A stretch of 51,861 bases of DNA, taken from the IMG/VR virus record IMGVR_UViG_3300023293_000016, positions 1 through 51,861 of that record, one strand, 5' to 3'. Origin of the DNA: a virus. Taxonomy: Duplodnaviria > Caudoviricetes. This document shows positions 37,659 to 46,030 of the stretch, in pieces (position 1 is the stretch's first letter; each line of letters starts with the position of its first letter). The notes below the pieces were generated by a model. It was not told the origin of the DNA and ran no database searches. It worked only from the letters and a program-made list of their open reading frames with translations. The translations under genes were made by a program, and so were the position numbers.

Positions 37659-38069
37659 GTCACAATCTCCTTATAAGTTTGACATTTGTTCGGTTTAAGT
37701 CGCCTATCATGTCTTTTCTCGCAGAATAAGACCTGTTCGATAAGCGTCAGTGACCTCTTGTGATTCACCGAAGTTTTTGACGCGAGAAAGCGCCTCAGTG
37801 AACCTCTGAGTGTAGTTTTGAACTAGATCGGCCTCACCCTTCATGAAGGTATAAGCCTCAATCAGAGAGCCGTACAGCATGGACACAGAAGCATTAGTGC
37901 TCAACCATGTGGTTCCGTCCTCAGCGCCAGCAGTTGCCGCCGTAAAGGACGCGTTGTTGTCATACAAAGCAATCTTAAAGGTGTCTCCACCGCTTAATAG
38001 AAAGTTATGCACGGCCTCAAGAAGCTCTTTCTTGAAGCTCGTACACATGAAATTTCCTGTAAAGGCCAT
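37517..38069. repeat. 142-bp direct repeat (37517-37658 and 37928-38069)
   Basis: Near-identical nucleotide sequence at a 411-bp offset. Confidence 0.9.
37707..38069 (-). CDS. Chimeric ORF: N-terminus of 37224-37658 fused to a diverged C-terminus of 38104-38754
   Basis: First 47 aa differ at one position from 37224-37658; the rest (GAEDGTTWLS...YRTG) aligns with the end of 38104-38754. Confidence 0.7.
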   Translation of the reverse strand: MAFTGNFMCTSFKKELLEAVHNFLLSGGDTFKIALYDNNASFTAATAGAEDGTTWLSTNASVSMLYGSLIEAYTFMKGEADLVQNYTQRFTEALSRVKNFGESQEVTDAYRTGLILREKT

Positions 38070-38103
38070 GCCTAAGTCTCCTTATCGTTTACAAGTTCAA
38101 GTT

Positions 38104-38754
38104 TCATTGTTTCGGCCTAATTAACATACCAGTCCGATATTCATCTGTTACTTCTTTACTTTCGCCAAGCATTTTCATGCCAGATACGGCTTCGGCAAAT
38201 CTTTTTTCGTACATAGCCATCATATCAGCCTCACCCTTCATAAAGATGTAAGCTTCCATCAAGCTGCCGTACAACAAAGCTATTTCCGCGTTTTCACTAA
38301 GCCACGTGGTCCCATCTTCCGCGCCAGCCGTCAAACTAGCAGGCCGGTAAAAGTAATGTAGTTCTACGGCCGAAGAAGCGTCTGGGGTAGGGCCCAAAAC
38401 AAAGTTATCTACGTCAAAAACAGCATAATAACGAGGGCTGCCCGTCGTCGTCGCGTCCGGATTAAAAGATTGGACAAAATCCACGTCTTTAAAGTCCAAA
38501 AACACATGGTCTCCGCTCGCATCTATAAAAGAAAGCGAAAAAGAAGCCAAATAATCACTAGGACAAGCCAAATATTTGTTAGAAGCGGACATTGATCCGC
38601 TCACATTCTTTTTAAACAGGCTTAATTGAACGTTTTTAAGAATCCGTTCTTCCGCCTGCGTGATAAAAAGAGGCAAATTGTTGACGAAAGTGGTTTCTTC
38701 GTTCTCAGTATAGTCCTGAATAGCCTGTTTTAATTGTGCATATGTAAAGCTCAT
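38104..38754 (-). CDS. Head-tail adaptor / tail-tube-like structural protein
   Basis: TYAQLKQAIQDY...FITQAEERI...G.PRYY...PTPD...LLYGSL.EA pattern. Confidence 0.7.
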   Translation of the reverse strand: MSFTYAQLKQAIQDYTENEETTFVNNLPLFITQAEERILKNVQLSLFKKNVSGSMSASNKYLACPSDYLASFSLSFIDASGDHVFLDFKDVDFVQSFNPDATTTGSPRYYAVFDVDNFVLGPTPDASSAVELHYFYRPASLTAGAEDGTTWLSENAEIALLYGSLMEAYIFMKGEADMMAMYEKRFAEAVSGMKMLGESKEVTDEYRTGMLIRPKQ

Positions 38755-39053
38755 GTCACCACCGTCACTGATCCAACCTGTCCAAAGCCCGTTGCGGGCC
38801 GGAGGGCGGGGTTTTCTACCAAAGGCACACCAACATAAACGTCCATGGGCTCTACCCGGTCAGGGCGAGCGTTCTGTAACGCTTCGGGGTCTGAAACTTT
38901 ACGAAAAGGCCCTAATTGGGGCTGTTTAGGCTCAAATTCGTCCGGGCCAACTAGCAACCCGTTCCATTCTTTGCGCATAAGTCGATACCGATACCGTTGC
39001 CCGGATCGGTCCGATATAGCCCATGAATTTTTACCGGATGCAAACTTAGACAT
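38751..39053 (-). CDS. Conserved phage protein (ISDRSG...EWNG...EPKQPQ)
   Basis: ORF track; coupled to neighbours. Confidence 0.75.
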   Translation of the reverse strand: MSKFASGKNSWAISDRSGQRYRYRLMRKEWNGLLVGPDEFEPKQPQLGPFRKVSDPEALQNARPDRVEPMDVYVGVPLVENPALRPATGFGQVGSVTVVT

Positions 39054-39721
39054 TAGCCCACCCTGTAATATTGATAATTAGGAACGACGTTAAACGACGA
39101 ACGATCCCGATCTTCTGTGGCTGCGCGGTCAAACTCTTCTTCATATACTGCTTTCAGCATTTGAACACGGTTAGGAGCCCGCTTTAAAGCGATATAATAA
39201 GCCAATCCCGCCGCCAAACACGGATAAAACCTAAACGGAAGGTCCATGGTGTTGGTGTATATGTCCGCATCATCCATACGGGTCAAAGCGTCATAATACA
39301 CAACATCCGTGGCATTGTCCGGAACAGGCCACAAGTTTAAAACCGGCGTAACTTGCCGGTCTAAGAAAAACTGATTTACGCGGCCTTGAGTAGCTTTGTT
39401 TGGGATTGTAAGAAACCCATCACGGCTTAGACGGTCCAAAGAATAATCTGTCCCGTCGCGTTGAACAATGACAGACAATACGTCAATAACGTCATTGCCT
39501 AGTTCATAAGAACCATCACCAACAACCATTGCTACGGTCCGCTGCTTAATGGTCCATTGGTTCAAACCACGGTTAGCCCAATCCGCAAGCATAAGATTTA
39601 ACGACCTTTTGGCCGTCTTTAGGTCATAACCGGTTCGTACCTCTAAGCCGCAACGCTCAAAAGCTTCTTCAACGTACTCAGCTACGTCTAAATCAAAATC
39701 TTTGCTATTAGAGGTAGTCAT
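39053..39721 (-). CDS. Head-tail connector/adaptor protein
   Basis: EEAFERCG...AKRSLNLMLADWANRG.N.W...LWPVP...GLAYY. Confidence 0.75.
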   Translation of the reverse strand: MTTSNSKDFDLDVAEYVEEAFERCGLEVRTGYDLKTAKRSLNLMLADWANRGLNQWTIKQRTVAMVVGDGSYELGNDVIDVLSVIVQRDGTDYSLDRLSRDGFLTIPNKATQGRVNQFFLDRQVTPVLNLWPVPDNATDVVYYDALTRMDDADIYTNTMDLPFRFYPCLAAGLAYYIALKRAPNRVQMLKAVYEEEFDRAATEDRDRSSFNVVPNYQYYRVG

Positions 39722-39882
39722 TACCGTTTCCTATTCGTCTTTGCGGTTTTAGCCGACAGCTTGAACGCTTTTGCCGTTGGAGCGCCCTTTGCGCCGGGTT
39801 TTCGCATCTTCTCGCCCGAACCCGCAGCAATGCGGGTTCGTTTAGCTTGAATGTTCGAGTATAAACCGGGCTTCTTTCCCAT
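39721..39882 (-). CDS. Small basic protein (53 aa, KPGLYSNIQAKR...)
   Basis: Read by hand; TGATG and TAATG coupling. Confidence 0.75.
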   Translation of the reverse strand: MGKKPGLYSNIQAKRTRIAAGSGEKMRKPGAKGAPTAKAFKLSAKTAKTNRKR

Positions 39883-40037
39883 CAGGCATTCCTTACTACA
39901 CAGCTTTTGTTGCCGACTTTACCGCCGCTGCCAAATTTCTTGACCATACCGCCGCCACGCATTTTCTTAACCATGCCGCCACCGCGCATCTTTTTAACCA
40001 TGCCGCCGCCACGCATTTTCTTAGGTTTCATCGCCAT
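39882..40037 (-). CDS. Small basic repeat protein (51 aa, KKMRGGGMV x3)
   Basis: Read by hand; three 27-bp repeats that vary at synonymous positions, supporting coding function. Confidence 0.8.
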   Translation of the reverse strand: MAMKPKKMRGGGMVKKMRGGGMVKKMRGGGMVKKFGSGGKVGNKSCVVRNA

Positions 40038-40605
40038 TTTTTAGCCCCCTATAAAGGTTTTCCCGCTTTGCATAGATTTCGCGAGCATTATATTCTGCGT
40101 CATAAGTATCATAGTAGCCCTTTTTTGACAACTTGTCTGCCGCTTCTTGCAGTTTTGACAACCGTTGCACAAAAATCAAGGAATAAGCTTCTTCCACGGT
40201 AGCGTCGAACTCAATGTCCGCTACAAAGTCGCTCGCGTCGTCTTCTGGGTGAAAACCCATAACCCAGATGTCTTTATCAATAAACATCCCCTCAGAAATC
40301 ACTGTGTTCAAATCGTCCAAATATTCATGGAAAGCTTCCGGGGCCGTTTCAACCGTTAAGTCTACAATGATGGCTAATTCAAAATTGTCATCAAAGCTAG
40401 AAACAGTGCGGTACAAAACTTGGTTACTACTTTCGTATTTAAAAAGTACAGCAACTTTTTCGTCCAGCCACGCTTGTTTTGCATAAGGACACGGCGGAAG
40501 GTCGTTAAAATACGGGTTGCTTTTTTCTAAAACTTCTTCGGACCACTGCATTAACTCGGATACAATGCTTGCCTCTTTAGGGTTGCCGAAAAAGGAAAGG
40601 TTCAT
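40021..40605 (-). CDS. DUF1415-like hypothetical protein
   Basis: PPCPYAK, MGFHPED and VQRLSKL motifs; start moved to 40605. Confidence 0.65.
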   Translation of the reverse strand: MNLSFFGNPKEASIVSELMQWSEEVLEKSNPYFNDLPPCPYAKQAWLDEKVAVLFKYESSNQVLYRTVSSFDDNFELAIIVDLTVETAPEAFHEYLDDLNTVISEGMFIDKDIWVMGFHPEDDASDFVADIEFDATVEEAYSLIFVQRLSKLQEAADKLSKKGYYDTYDAEYNAREIYAKRENLYRGLKNGDET

Positions 40606-40612
40606 TTCTACT

Positions 40613-40897
40613 TCACCACGCTTTGCAGGACCAGTATCGGGCGCTGAACTTGTCTTTTGCCGTATCACACGAATGACGGGCTCGAAAGTTTTTACGACGG
40701 CCGGGTTGGTCTTTTTTAATGGACATCTTAGGGTCCCCGAACCGGACCAGTTTGATCTCAGAGCCTTTTTTAGCTAGGACGGCGCTCTTTTTTGATTTGC
40801 CGGGAGTTCTTTTTGGCTTATTGAAGCCCGAAAAGCTCTCCCCACGGTAAGTTATTCTTCCGGAAGGCGTTCTAGTTATGTCTTTCGTAGTAGCCAT
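40613..40897 (-). CDS. Basic conserved phage protein (VRFGDP...FRARHSC...YWSCKAW)
   Basis: ORF track; highly basic. Confidence 0.8.
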   Translation of the reverse strand: MATTKDITRTPSGRITYRGESFSGFNKPKRTPGKSKKSAVLAKKGSEIKLVRFGDPKMSIKKDQPGRRKNFRARHSCDTAKDKFSARYWSCKAW

Positions 40898-40903
40898 ACA
40901 TCA

Positions 40904-41191
40904 TCACTTTTGAATAAAAAGAGTCAAAGTAGTATTGGCCGGGATAGTAGCGTAAAGACCGTGGTAAAACAAAATGCCGTCACCCGGTATTTCCATCCCA
41001 AACAAACCAGCGTCTTTTTCGTCTATTTCCAAAACCTCGTCACCAGACGCCGCCGCGGCGTTGTCATAAATAACAACATCCCCCGATGATCCCGACGAGT
41101 GGTTGATTAAAAAACCCGCCAGACGCCCACGGCCGGTAGCAAACGAAGCCGTCGAATGACTGTGTACCGCTTTTACCTCATTGCCTGCCAT
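40904..41191 (-). CDS. Small beta-rich virion protein
   Basis: IPGDGILF motif; similar to 41204-41476. Confidence 0.75.
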   Translation of the reverse strand: MAGNEVKAVHSHSTASFATGRGRLAGFLINHSSGSSGDVVIYDNAAAASGDEVLEIDEKDAGLFGMEIPGDGILFYHGLYATIPANTTLTLFIQK

Positions 41192-41203
41192 AAAGAGTCA
41201 CTC

Positions 41204-41476
41204 CTAGCTGTAAAATACCGTTGCAGACGTACATGCGGTGAACAACGATATGTAAATATCGGTTACACGAATACCTTCGTCCGGAATGTTGACGGAGTGC
41301 GTATCAGAAGCATTTAAATCCATGTCCAAAACAGTTGCACCCCCGTTGCCGTCGGTAACCGTTAGGCGAGGAGAGCCCGTGGTTGTTTTTATTTGAATTT
41401 GACGAATACGTGCGGGACCAACCGCAGCAGAACCCGTCGCAGCCAAACGTTTTGTTCGAATATCAGAACCAGCCAT
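41204..41476 (-). CDS. Small beta-rich virion protein
   Basis: IPDEGI motif; similar to 40904-41191. Confidence 0.75.
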   Translation of the reverse strand: MAGSDIRTKRLAATGSAAVGPARIRQIQIKTTTGSPRLTVTDGNGGATVLDMDLNASDTHSVNIPDEGIRVTDIYISLFTACTSATVFYS

Positions 41477-41479
41477 TTG

Positions 41480-41671
41480 TTAACCCTTTTTCTTAACAGG
41501 TTTATCCGCCCATATATACGCTTCATTAACATTAGGCGTAGAAGGGTCGTCTGCTTTAAGTGTGCCGTTTTTCTTTCGGGCTCGAACTTTTTCCACCTTT
41601 ATAGGTGTGCCGTCGGAGTTTAACCCCCGACGTGCTAGTTCTTCGGCCGAAGCGGTTGTAAACCTACTCAT
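41480..41671 (-). CDS. Small protein (RAR...KADDPSTPNVNEA motif)
   Basis: ORF track; AAGGGG Shine-Dalgarno. Confidence 0.7.
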   Translation of the reverse strand: MSRFTTASAEELARRGLNSDGTPIKVEKVRARKKNGTLKADDPSTPNVNEAYIWADKPVKKKG

Positions 41672-41681
41672 GACCTACCCC

Positions 41682-41906
41682 TTACGCGGCTGCGATTGTA
41701 GCGCCTGTATCAGACCGCTTCCAATCAGTGCCGTTAGAAAAAGCTAAGATAGCAGCGCCCGCAGCGCCGTTAGAAACATATACCAAAGTGCCCGCGCCTG
41801 CATCAGAAGCGGATGGGGCATTTGCAACAGTGTAAGTTGGAACTTGGATGTCGCCAACAAAACCGTTTGTTGAGGTCACTGGACCTGAAAAAGTAGTAGA
41901 AGCCAT
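41682..41906 (-). CDS. Putative capsid decoration protein (MASTTFSGPV...)
   Basis: First gene after the capsid terminator; YVSNG...AFSNGTDW; start moved to 41906. Confidence 0.7.
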   Translation of the reverse strand: MASTTFSGPVTSTNGFVGDIQVPTYTVANAPSASDAGAGTLVYVSNGAAGAAILAFSNGTDWKRSDTGATIAAA

Positions 41907-41919
41907 TATAAGCACCTTT

Positions 41920-41981
41920 TTGCATAAGGATTCGCTTCGTAGTCTATGCAACGTCAGGAGGGCAGAACCTGTCTACAAAGC
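41920..41981 (-). ncRNA. Candidate cis-regulatory pseudoknotted RNA
   Basis: GCUUUGUAG/CUACGAAGC stem, inner CAGG/CCUG stem and crossing UUGCAUA/UAUGCAA pairing, ending at the RBS. Confidence 0.55.
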
Positions 41982-42021
41982 TAATATGTTAACCCTTAAA
42001 GAAGTATACTCTAGGTTTGGC

Positions 42022-42052
42022 AAAAAAGAAAGGGGCCTCGAAAGAGGCCCCT
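42022..42052 (-). terminator. Rho-independent terminator after the major capsid gene
   Basis: AGGGGCCTC-4 nt-GAGGCCCCT followed by TTCTTTTTT. Confidence 0.85.
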
Positions 42053-42080
42053 CCTTGCAGTACAGAATGAGGTTCTGTTC

Positions 42081-42992
42081 TTATGCTGCGCCGGGAGTTC
42101 CGTACACGCTACGCCAATCGGATACACCGAAAGAATAACGCTCACGCGCCTTAAAGCGCATGTTACCCGTATCAAAATCGCCTTCCATCGCCGTTTTAAT
42201 AGGCGAACGGTTGAACAATTTGAAACCATTTGGAGCATCAGTTTTGATGAAGAATGCGTCTGAGTCTGTCAAGAAGTGGTTAACCACTGCCCCGTCAGGA
42301 ATCATACCCATGTTTTTCATCGCATTGTTGTCGTTGTCGGCAGTGCCGGAACGCAGGTTGGAGTTCATTACCCGCTCTGCAATAAATTGCAGTTCTTTCG
42401 GAATAATCAACTTCATACCACGAACAGCAATCTTCAGACCACGCTCATCAGTCAAACCGGCAATGTCGATCAACATCTGTTCCAACGAAGTCTCGTTGAG
42501 GTCGGCAGCAACTGCCAAGACGTTAGTCTGATTACCAGAAAGCGATGGGTGGGATGCTGAACAAAGTGCTGCACCGTCGCCAATCGCAGAAACACCAGCC
42601 GTGAACGCATTGTTCAGGATAGAAGCCGCTTTGATTTGCTTTGTCTGGGCCATAGAACGGGCCAGAGCTTTGGTGTAGCGAGATGCCAGACGATCATAAA
42701 GGTTATCTTCGATAGCCTCCTCAGTGATCGAAAATGCCAACGCAATGGTTTCGTGAGTGTAACGAGCGGTATATGTTTCCTGCGCATCGTCATAAGTAAG
42801 GGCACCGCCCTCGCTTTTAACAGGTGCTGTGGAAAATCCGCCGAGCATGACCTCCTCCTCAAAAGCTCGGTCTGAGCTTTCTTCTTCGAAGATTTCACCA
42901 TGCTCGTTTTCGTAACGATTGTATTCAAGGCCGAACAAGGCATTAAGGCCGGGTTCTAGCTCTTTCGCTAATTGTGCGCGAGAAATAGCCAT
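42081..42992 (-). CDS. Major capsid protein
   Basis: MAISRAQLAKELEPGLNALFG...FSITEEAIED...DFDTGNMRFKARERYSFG; GGAGG Shine-Dalgarno; downstream terminator. Confidence 0.92.
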   Translation of the reverse strand: MAISRAQLAKELEPGLNALFGLEYNRYENEHGEIFEEESSDRAFEEEVMLGGFSTAPVKSEGGALTYDDAQETYTARYTHETIALAFSITEEAIEDNLYDRLASRYTKALARSMAQTKQIKAASILNNAFTAGVSAIGDGAALCSASHPSLSGNQTNVLAVAADLNETSLEQMLIDIAGLTDERGLKIAVRGMKLIIPKELQFIAERVMNSNLRSGTADNDNNAMKNMGMIPDGAVVNHFLTDSDAFFIKTDAPNGFKLFNRSPIKTAMEGDFDTGNMRFKARERYSFGVSDWRSVYGTPGAA

Positions 42993-43006
42993 TTATTAAG
43001 CCCTCC

Positions 43007-43657
43007 TTATAGACCTGTTGATGTCGCGGTAGTCTGCGAATCAAACCGGCTGGTTGGTGCATTATAATGAGCGTTCAAACGAACAATCAACGGAATACCA
43101 GCGGCTGCATAGTCGCTGTTACCCGCATCGTCCATGATGCCCACAATACGCAATGGCAGAGTAGCCGTTGCAGCAATAGTAGACACGCCCAAAGCGGAAT
43201 CGGAACTACCGGTGTCAGTAGAACCTGTGCGAGCAGATGTACCCAACGACGCGTTCGCAAATACATGCGCAAGAGCCGTTGCCCGATCTGACAGAGTAGC
43301 GTCAGACGCAACTTTGTACAGTTGGTTAGGGTTGTCTGCAACAAACGCCTTTACAGGGTGGTTTGTATCGACGCTTACCGAACCCGAACCGGGCCAGTAA
43401 TTAATGAAGACTGGTTTCTTTTGAACCGAGTCCACGTATTCTACGCCCATCAGGACACCCAATGCTTGCGTAGTACCACCATTAGTAGCACCAGCTTGAT
43501 CTACCACACCGGAGCTCGTAGGAACTACGATACCGTACTGGTAGATTGCATTAGTGTTGTTGGAAGCGATTTCATACTGGGTTACACCAGTAGTATTAGC
43601 CGCAGCGCCAACTAGCCCGATAGGACGAAGACCATAGGCAGTATTAGAATTTGCCAT
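43007..43657 (-). CDS. Capsid-associated structural protein
   Basis: MAN...YGLRP start; immediately upstream of the capsid gene. Confidence 0.7.
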   Translation of the reverse strand: MANSNTAYGLRPIGLVGAAANTTGVTQYEIASNNTNAIYQYGIVVPTSSGVVDQAGATNGGTTQALGVLMGVEYVDSVQKKPVFINYWPGSGSVSVDTNHPVKAFVADNPNQLYKVASDATLSDRATALAHVFANASLGTSARTGSTDTGSSDSALGVSTIAATATLPLRIVGIMDDAGNSDYAAAGIPLIVRLNAHYNAPTSRFDSQTTATSTGL

Positions 43658-43683
43658 TAGATTTCACTCCTATTGAGGTAGCC

Positions 43684-44172
43684 CTATTTCTTGGGGCCAC
43701 CGAAGGTTACACGAGATTGACGATCGGGTTTAGCAATCGTCATGGTTGAATGTGCATTCTCGCGCATCATATCGTGATCGACAGCTTGCATCTGATCCAT
43801 ATTTCTACGAGAGAAATACGCTGTTCGTTCTGCAATTGTTTCGACAGGAATACGAGCGAGAAGCAACCCGCCAACTCCAAACACACCTTCATGTTTACCT
43901 GATTCAACAACAGGGGATTCAAAATCAGGATACTCGTCCTTACGGACCAATTCCCAACCTTCCCTCATTTTAGCACTGATGTTTTTAGTATCATCAAAAC
44001 CGCGCGTTTCGGCGCGTATCCAACGATGCTTAAAGCCATCAGGGGCAGGTGGTGCGTCTAGCATAGACGGTGGGGCCCAAGGCTTACGAACAGCCTGTTT
44101 CTCCCGGGTTTGGTTAGCGCGAGAAGTACGGTTAATTGCCGAACCATCGTTTTGGTTGTTTTGTTCAGTCAT
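43684..44172 (-). CDS. Conserved head-module protein
   Basis: WAPPSMLDAP...RWIR...REGWELV...VGGLLLARIP. Confidence 0.75.
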   Translation of the reverse strand: MTEQNNQNDGSAINRTSRANQTREKQAVRKPWAPPSMLDAPPAPDGFKHRWIRAETRGFDDTKNISAKMREGWELVRKDEYPDFESPVVESGKHEGVFGVGGLLLARIPVETIAERTAYFSRRNMDQMQAVDHDMMRENAHSTMTIAKPDRQSRVTFGGPKK

Positions 44173-44176
44173 CTTC

Positions 44177-45037
44177 TTACTCCTTCACGTATTTCGCATA
44201 TTCTTCTAGCGGCACACCCAATTTTTTCGCTATTGCGACTTGGCTCGGGGTGAGACGAACCTTTCTCCCAATGCGCCCAGATGGTGTTCTTGAAGCGCCA
44301 ACAACCGTTTGAGCGGGCCGTCTGTTCGCGGTGTTTCCGGCATTTACAAACTTACTTGAAATGCGACGGTCAAGTTCATTATAGTAGTCATCGCTCGTCG
44401 GGTCAAACCCTTCGTCTTCAACGAGCTTTTTATGTATTCCAAACGCCGCATACGTCATGGCCTCGTCTTGGCCAAACCAACTGTTTTTCATGGCCCATGT
44501 CTCCGCTTTGGGATCAGGGCGCTTGGGCGCTTGGGCAGGCATAGGCTGACGCGATTGGTGCTGCGCAGCGGCCTGTTGCTGTTGTCGCGAACGATCTTGT
44601 TGCGCTTTTGCCTGTTCGGCTCGGTCTTGCTGGATAGCCAACTTAGTCAAGTTGCGCTGGGCTTCCACCGAGGCCTTGCTGTCACCCATCTCAATTGCAC
44701 GGGCTAATTCATTTTCAGCCTGTTGCACCTGAGTGTTGACACGGTTTGTATATTCGTTGACGTAATTCGTATCCATGTGGGACATCCGGTTCTTTAGGCC
44801 GGTTGCCTCCGTCTGGACCGCTTGAGCGTACTTAATCGCTTCTTGCTCGCGCCGTTCAGCTTCACGCATCTTCTTCGTCAAACGATCAATTCGTTTTTGA
44901 GTTGCCGTCTCCGCTTTGGAGAACTGGTCATCACGGTCATCGTCTTCCGACGAAGATACCTCACTTACAACCTCAACCTCAGTTTCTTGGTTGTCCCCAA
45001 CGTCTAGTTCAATCGGGTTTTCACTACTATTAGCCAT
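44177..45037 (-). CDS. Capsid scaffolding protein
   Basis: Acidic N-terminus, coiled coil, C-terminal LTPSQVAIAKKLGVPLEEYAK. Confidence 0.75.
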   Translation of the reverse strand: MANSSENPIELDVGDNQETEVEVVSEVSSSEDDDRDDQFSKAETATQKRIDRLTKKMREAERREQEAIKYAQAVQTEATGLKNRMSHMDTNYVNEYTNRVNTQVQQAENELARAIEMGDSKASVEAQRNLTKLAIQQDRAEQAKAQQDRSRQQQQAAAQHQSRQPMPAQAPKRPDPKAETWAMKNSWFGQDEAMTYAAFGIHKKLVEDEGFDPTSDDYYNELDRRISSKFVNAGNTANRRPAQTVVGASRTPSGRIGRKVRLTPSQVAIAKKLGVPLEEYAKYVKE

Positions 45038-45049
45038 ATTTTACCTCGT

Positions 45050-45523
45050 TTACAAATGCTGGATGTCTTCAGGGTCCAAAATAGTCGCAAGAACCTCGTC
45101 GTCATTGAGGATGCGGACTTCTCCCCCATCGATCTGTAGGCGCGAACCGGCATAACGGGCAAACAATACCCACTGCTTCTCCGCGCACCACGCGCCGTCA
45201 GGAAACTTGTCACGGTCTTTGTAAGCCAAAGGACCGACTTTAAGGACATAACCCACCTGTGTGGATATCTGGCTCTTCTCTTGAATTTCGGTAGGGATAA
45301 AAATACCCCCGGCCGTCTTCGCCTTACCTTGGTAGGGCAAAATGAGAATACGCCATCCAGTAGGGGCAGGCATTCTTTCCAGAAGACTTGCGTCTAAAGC
45401 TTCTGGGTTTAAACGGGGTTTTTCGACATAAGCATCAGCTAAATTAGCCTTTGTCGTTTCCGCCATAGCCGCCACACCTTCGGCAGCCGCAGACAGATCA
45501 ATTCTTGTTGACTGGTTAGTCAT
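45050..45523 (-). CDS. groES: GroES-like co-chaperonin
   Basis: PTGWRILI...KTAGGIFI...GYVLKVGP...FARYAG...RILNDDEVLA. Confidence 0.9.
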   Translation of the reverse strand: MTNQSTRIDLSAAAEGVAAMAETTKANLADAYVEKPRLNPEALDASLLERMPAPTGWRILILPYQGKAKTAGGIFIPTEIQEKSQISTQVGYVLKVGPLAYKDRDKFPDGAWCAEKQWVLFARYAGSRLQIDGGEVRILNDDEVLATILDPEDIQHL

Positions 45524-45719
45524 CGGATCGCTCCTGTTTATCTAGCAGGCCCTTGAGTTCCTGTTCCACGTGATTTAGGCACTCTAAGTTGCCCATAAGC
45601 TCACGATATTGCTCCATTGATTTGACGTTTCCAAAAATCATCAAATCCGTAACCCCTTGCCGTCTTTCTCTCAAGATACGAAAAACCGCTTCGGCTACAT
45701 ATATTTCATCCATTCCCAC
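45516..45719 (-). CDS. Hypothetical protein
   Basis: ORF track; GAGGT Shine-Dalgarno. Confidence 0.7.
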   Translation of the reverse strand: MGMDEIYVAEAVFRILRERRQGVTDLMIFGNVKSMEQYRELMGNLECLNHVEQELKGLLDKQERSDD

Positions 45720-45720
45720 C

Positions 45721-45803
45721 TCGCATAATATCTAACATTATCAGATATAATCCTAGCACAACTTGTATAAGATAAGCTAGGACTATCTGTAAATTTATGC
45801 GAT
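45721..45803. promoter_or_regulatory. Nested inverted repeat upstream of the head operon
   Basis: TCGCATAA/TTATGCGA, CAGATA/TATCTG and TCCTAGC/GCTAGGA arms. Confidence 0.55.
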
Positions 45804-45820
45804 TTACGGAAAAAACAACG

Positions 45821-46027
45821 TTAAGAACCGCTGCCCATGTAACTCGTGCCGCGGATCGCGGCTCCCGTGCCACGCGTTTTCATCTTACGCACGTTGTCCG
45901 TGGCCATCGGGGCGGGGGCTGTTTTTCCGTAAGGAATGCGGCCTTGACCCTTAATGTCCGCGTAACCAACCGCTTTTGGCGGATCACTCGGCGCAGAGCC
46001 GTTTACTTTAATTTTACGATCTTTCAT
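45821..46027 (-). CDS. Small basic protein (RGTGAAIRG motif)
   Basis: ORF track; AGGAG Shine-Dalgarno. Confidence 0.75.
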   Translation of the reverse strand: MKDRKIKVNGSAPSDPPKAVGYADIKGQGRIPYGKTAPAPMATDNVRKMKTRGTGAAIRGTSYMGSGS

Positions 46028-46030
46028 AAT

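Noticed and set aside
37517-38069. Diversity-generating retroelement TR/VR pair
   Set aside because: No reverse transcriptase; the few mismatches are not adenine-specific, and the repeat is at gene 5' ends.
41945-41975. Hammerhead ribozyme (CUGAC seen on the minus strand)
   Set aside because: The CUGANGA and GAAA core is incomplete; kept only as an unassigned pseudoknot.
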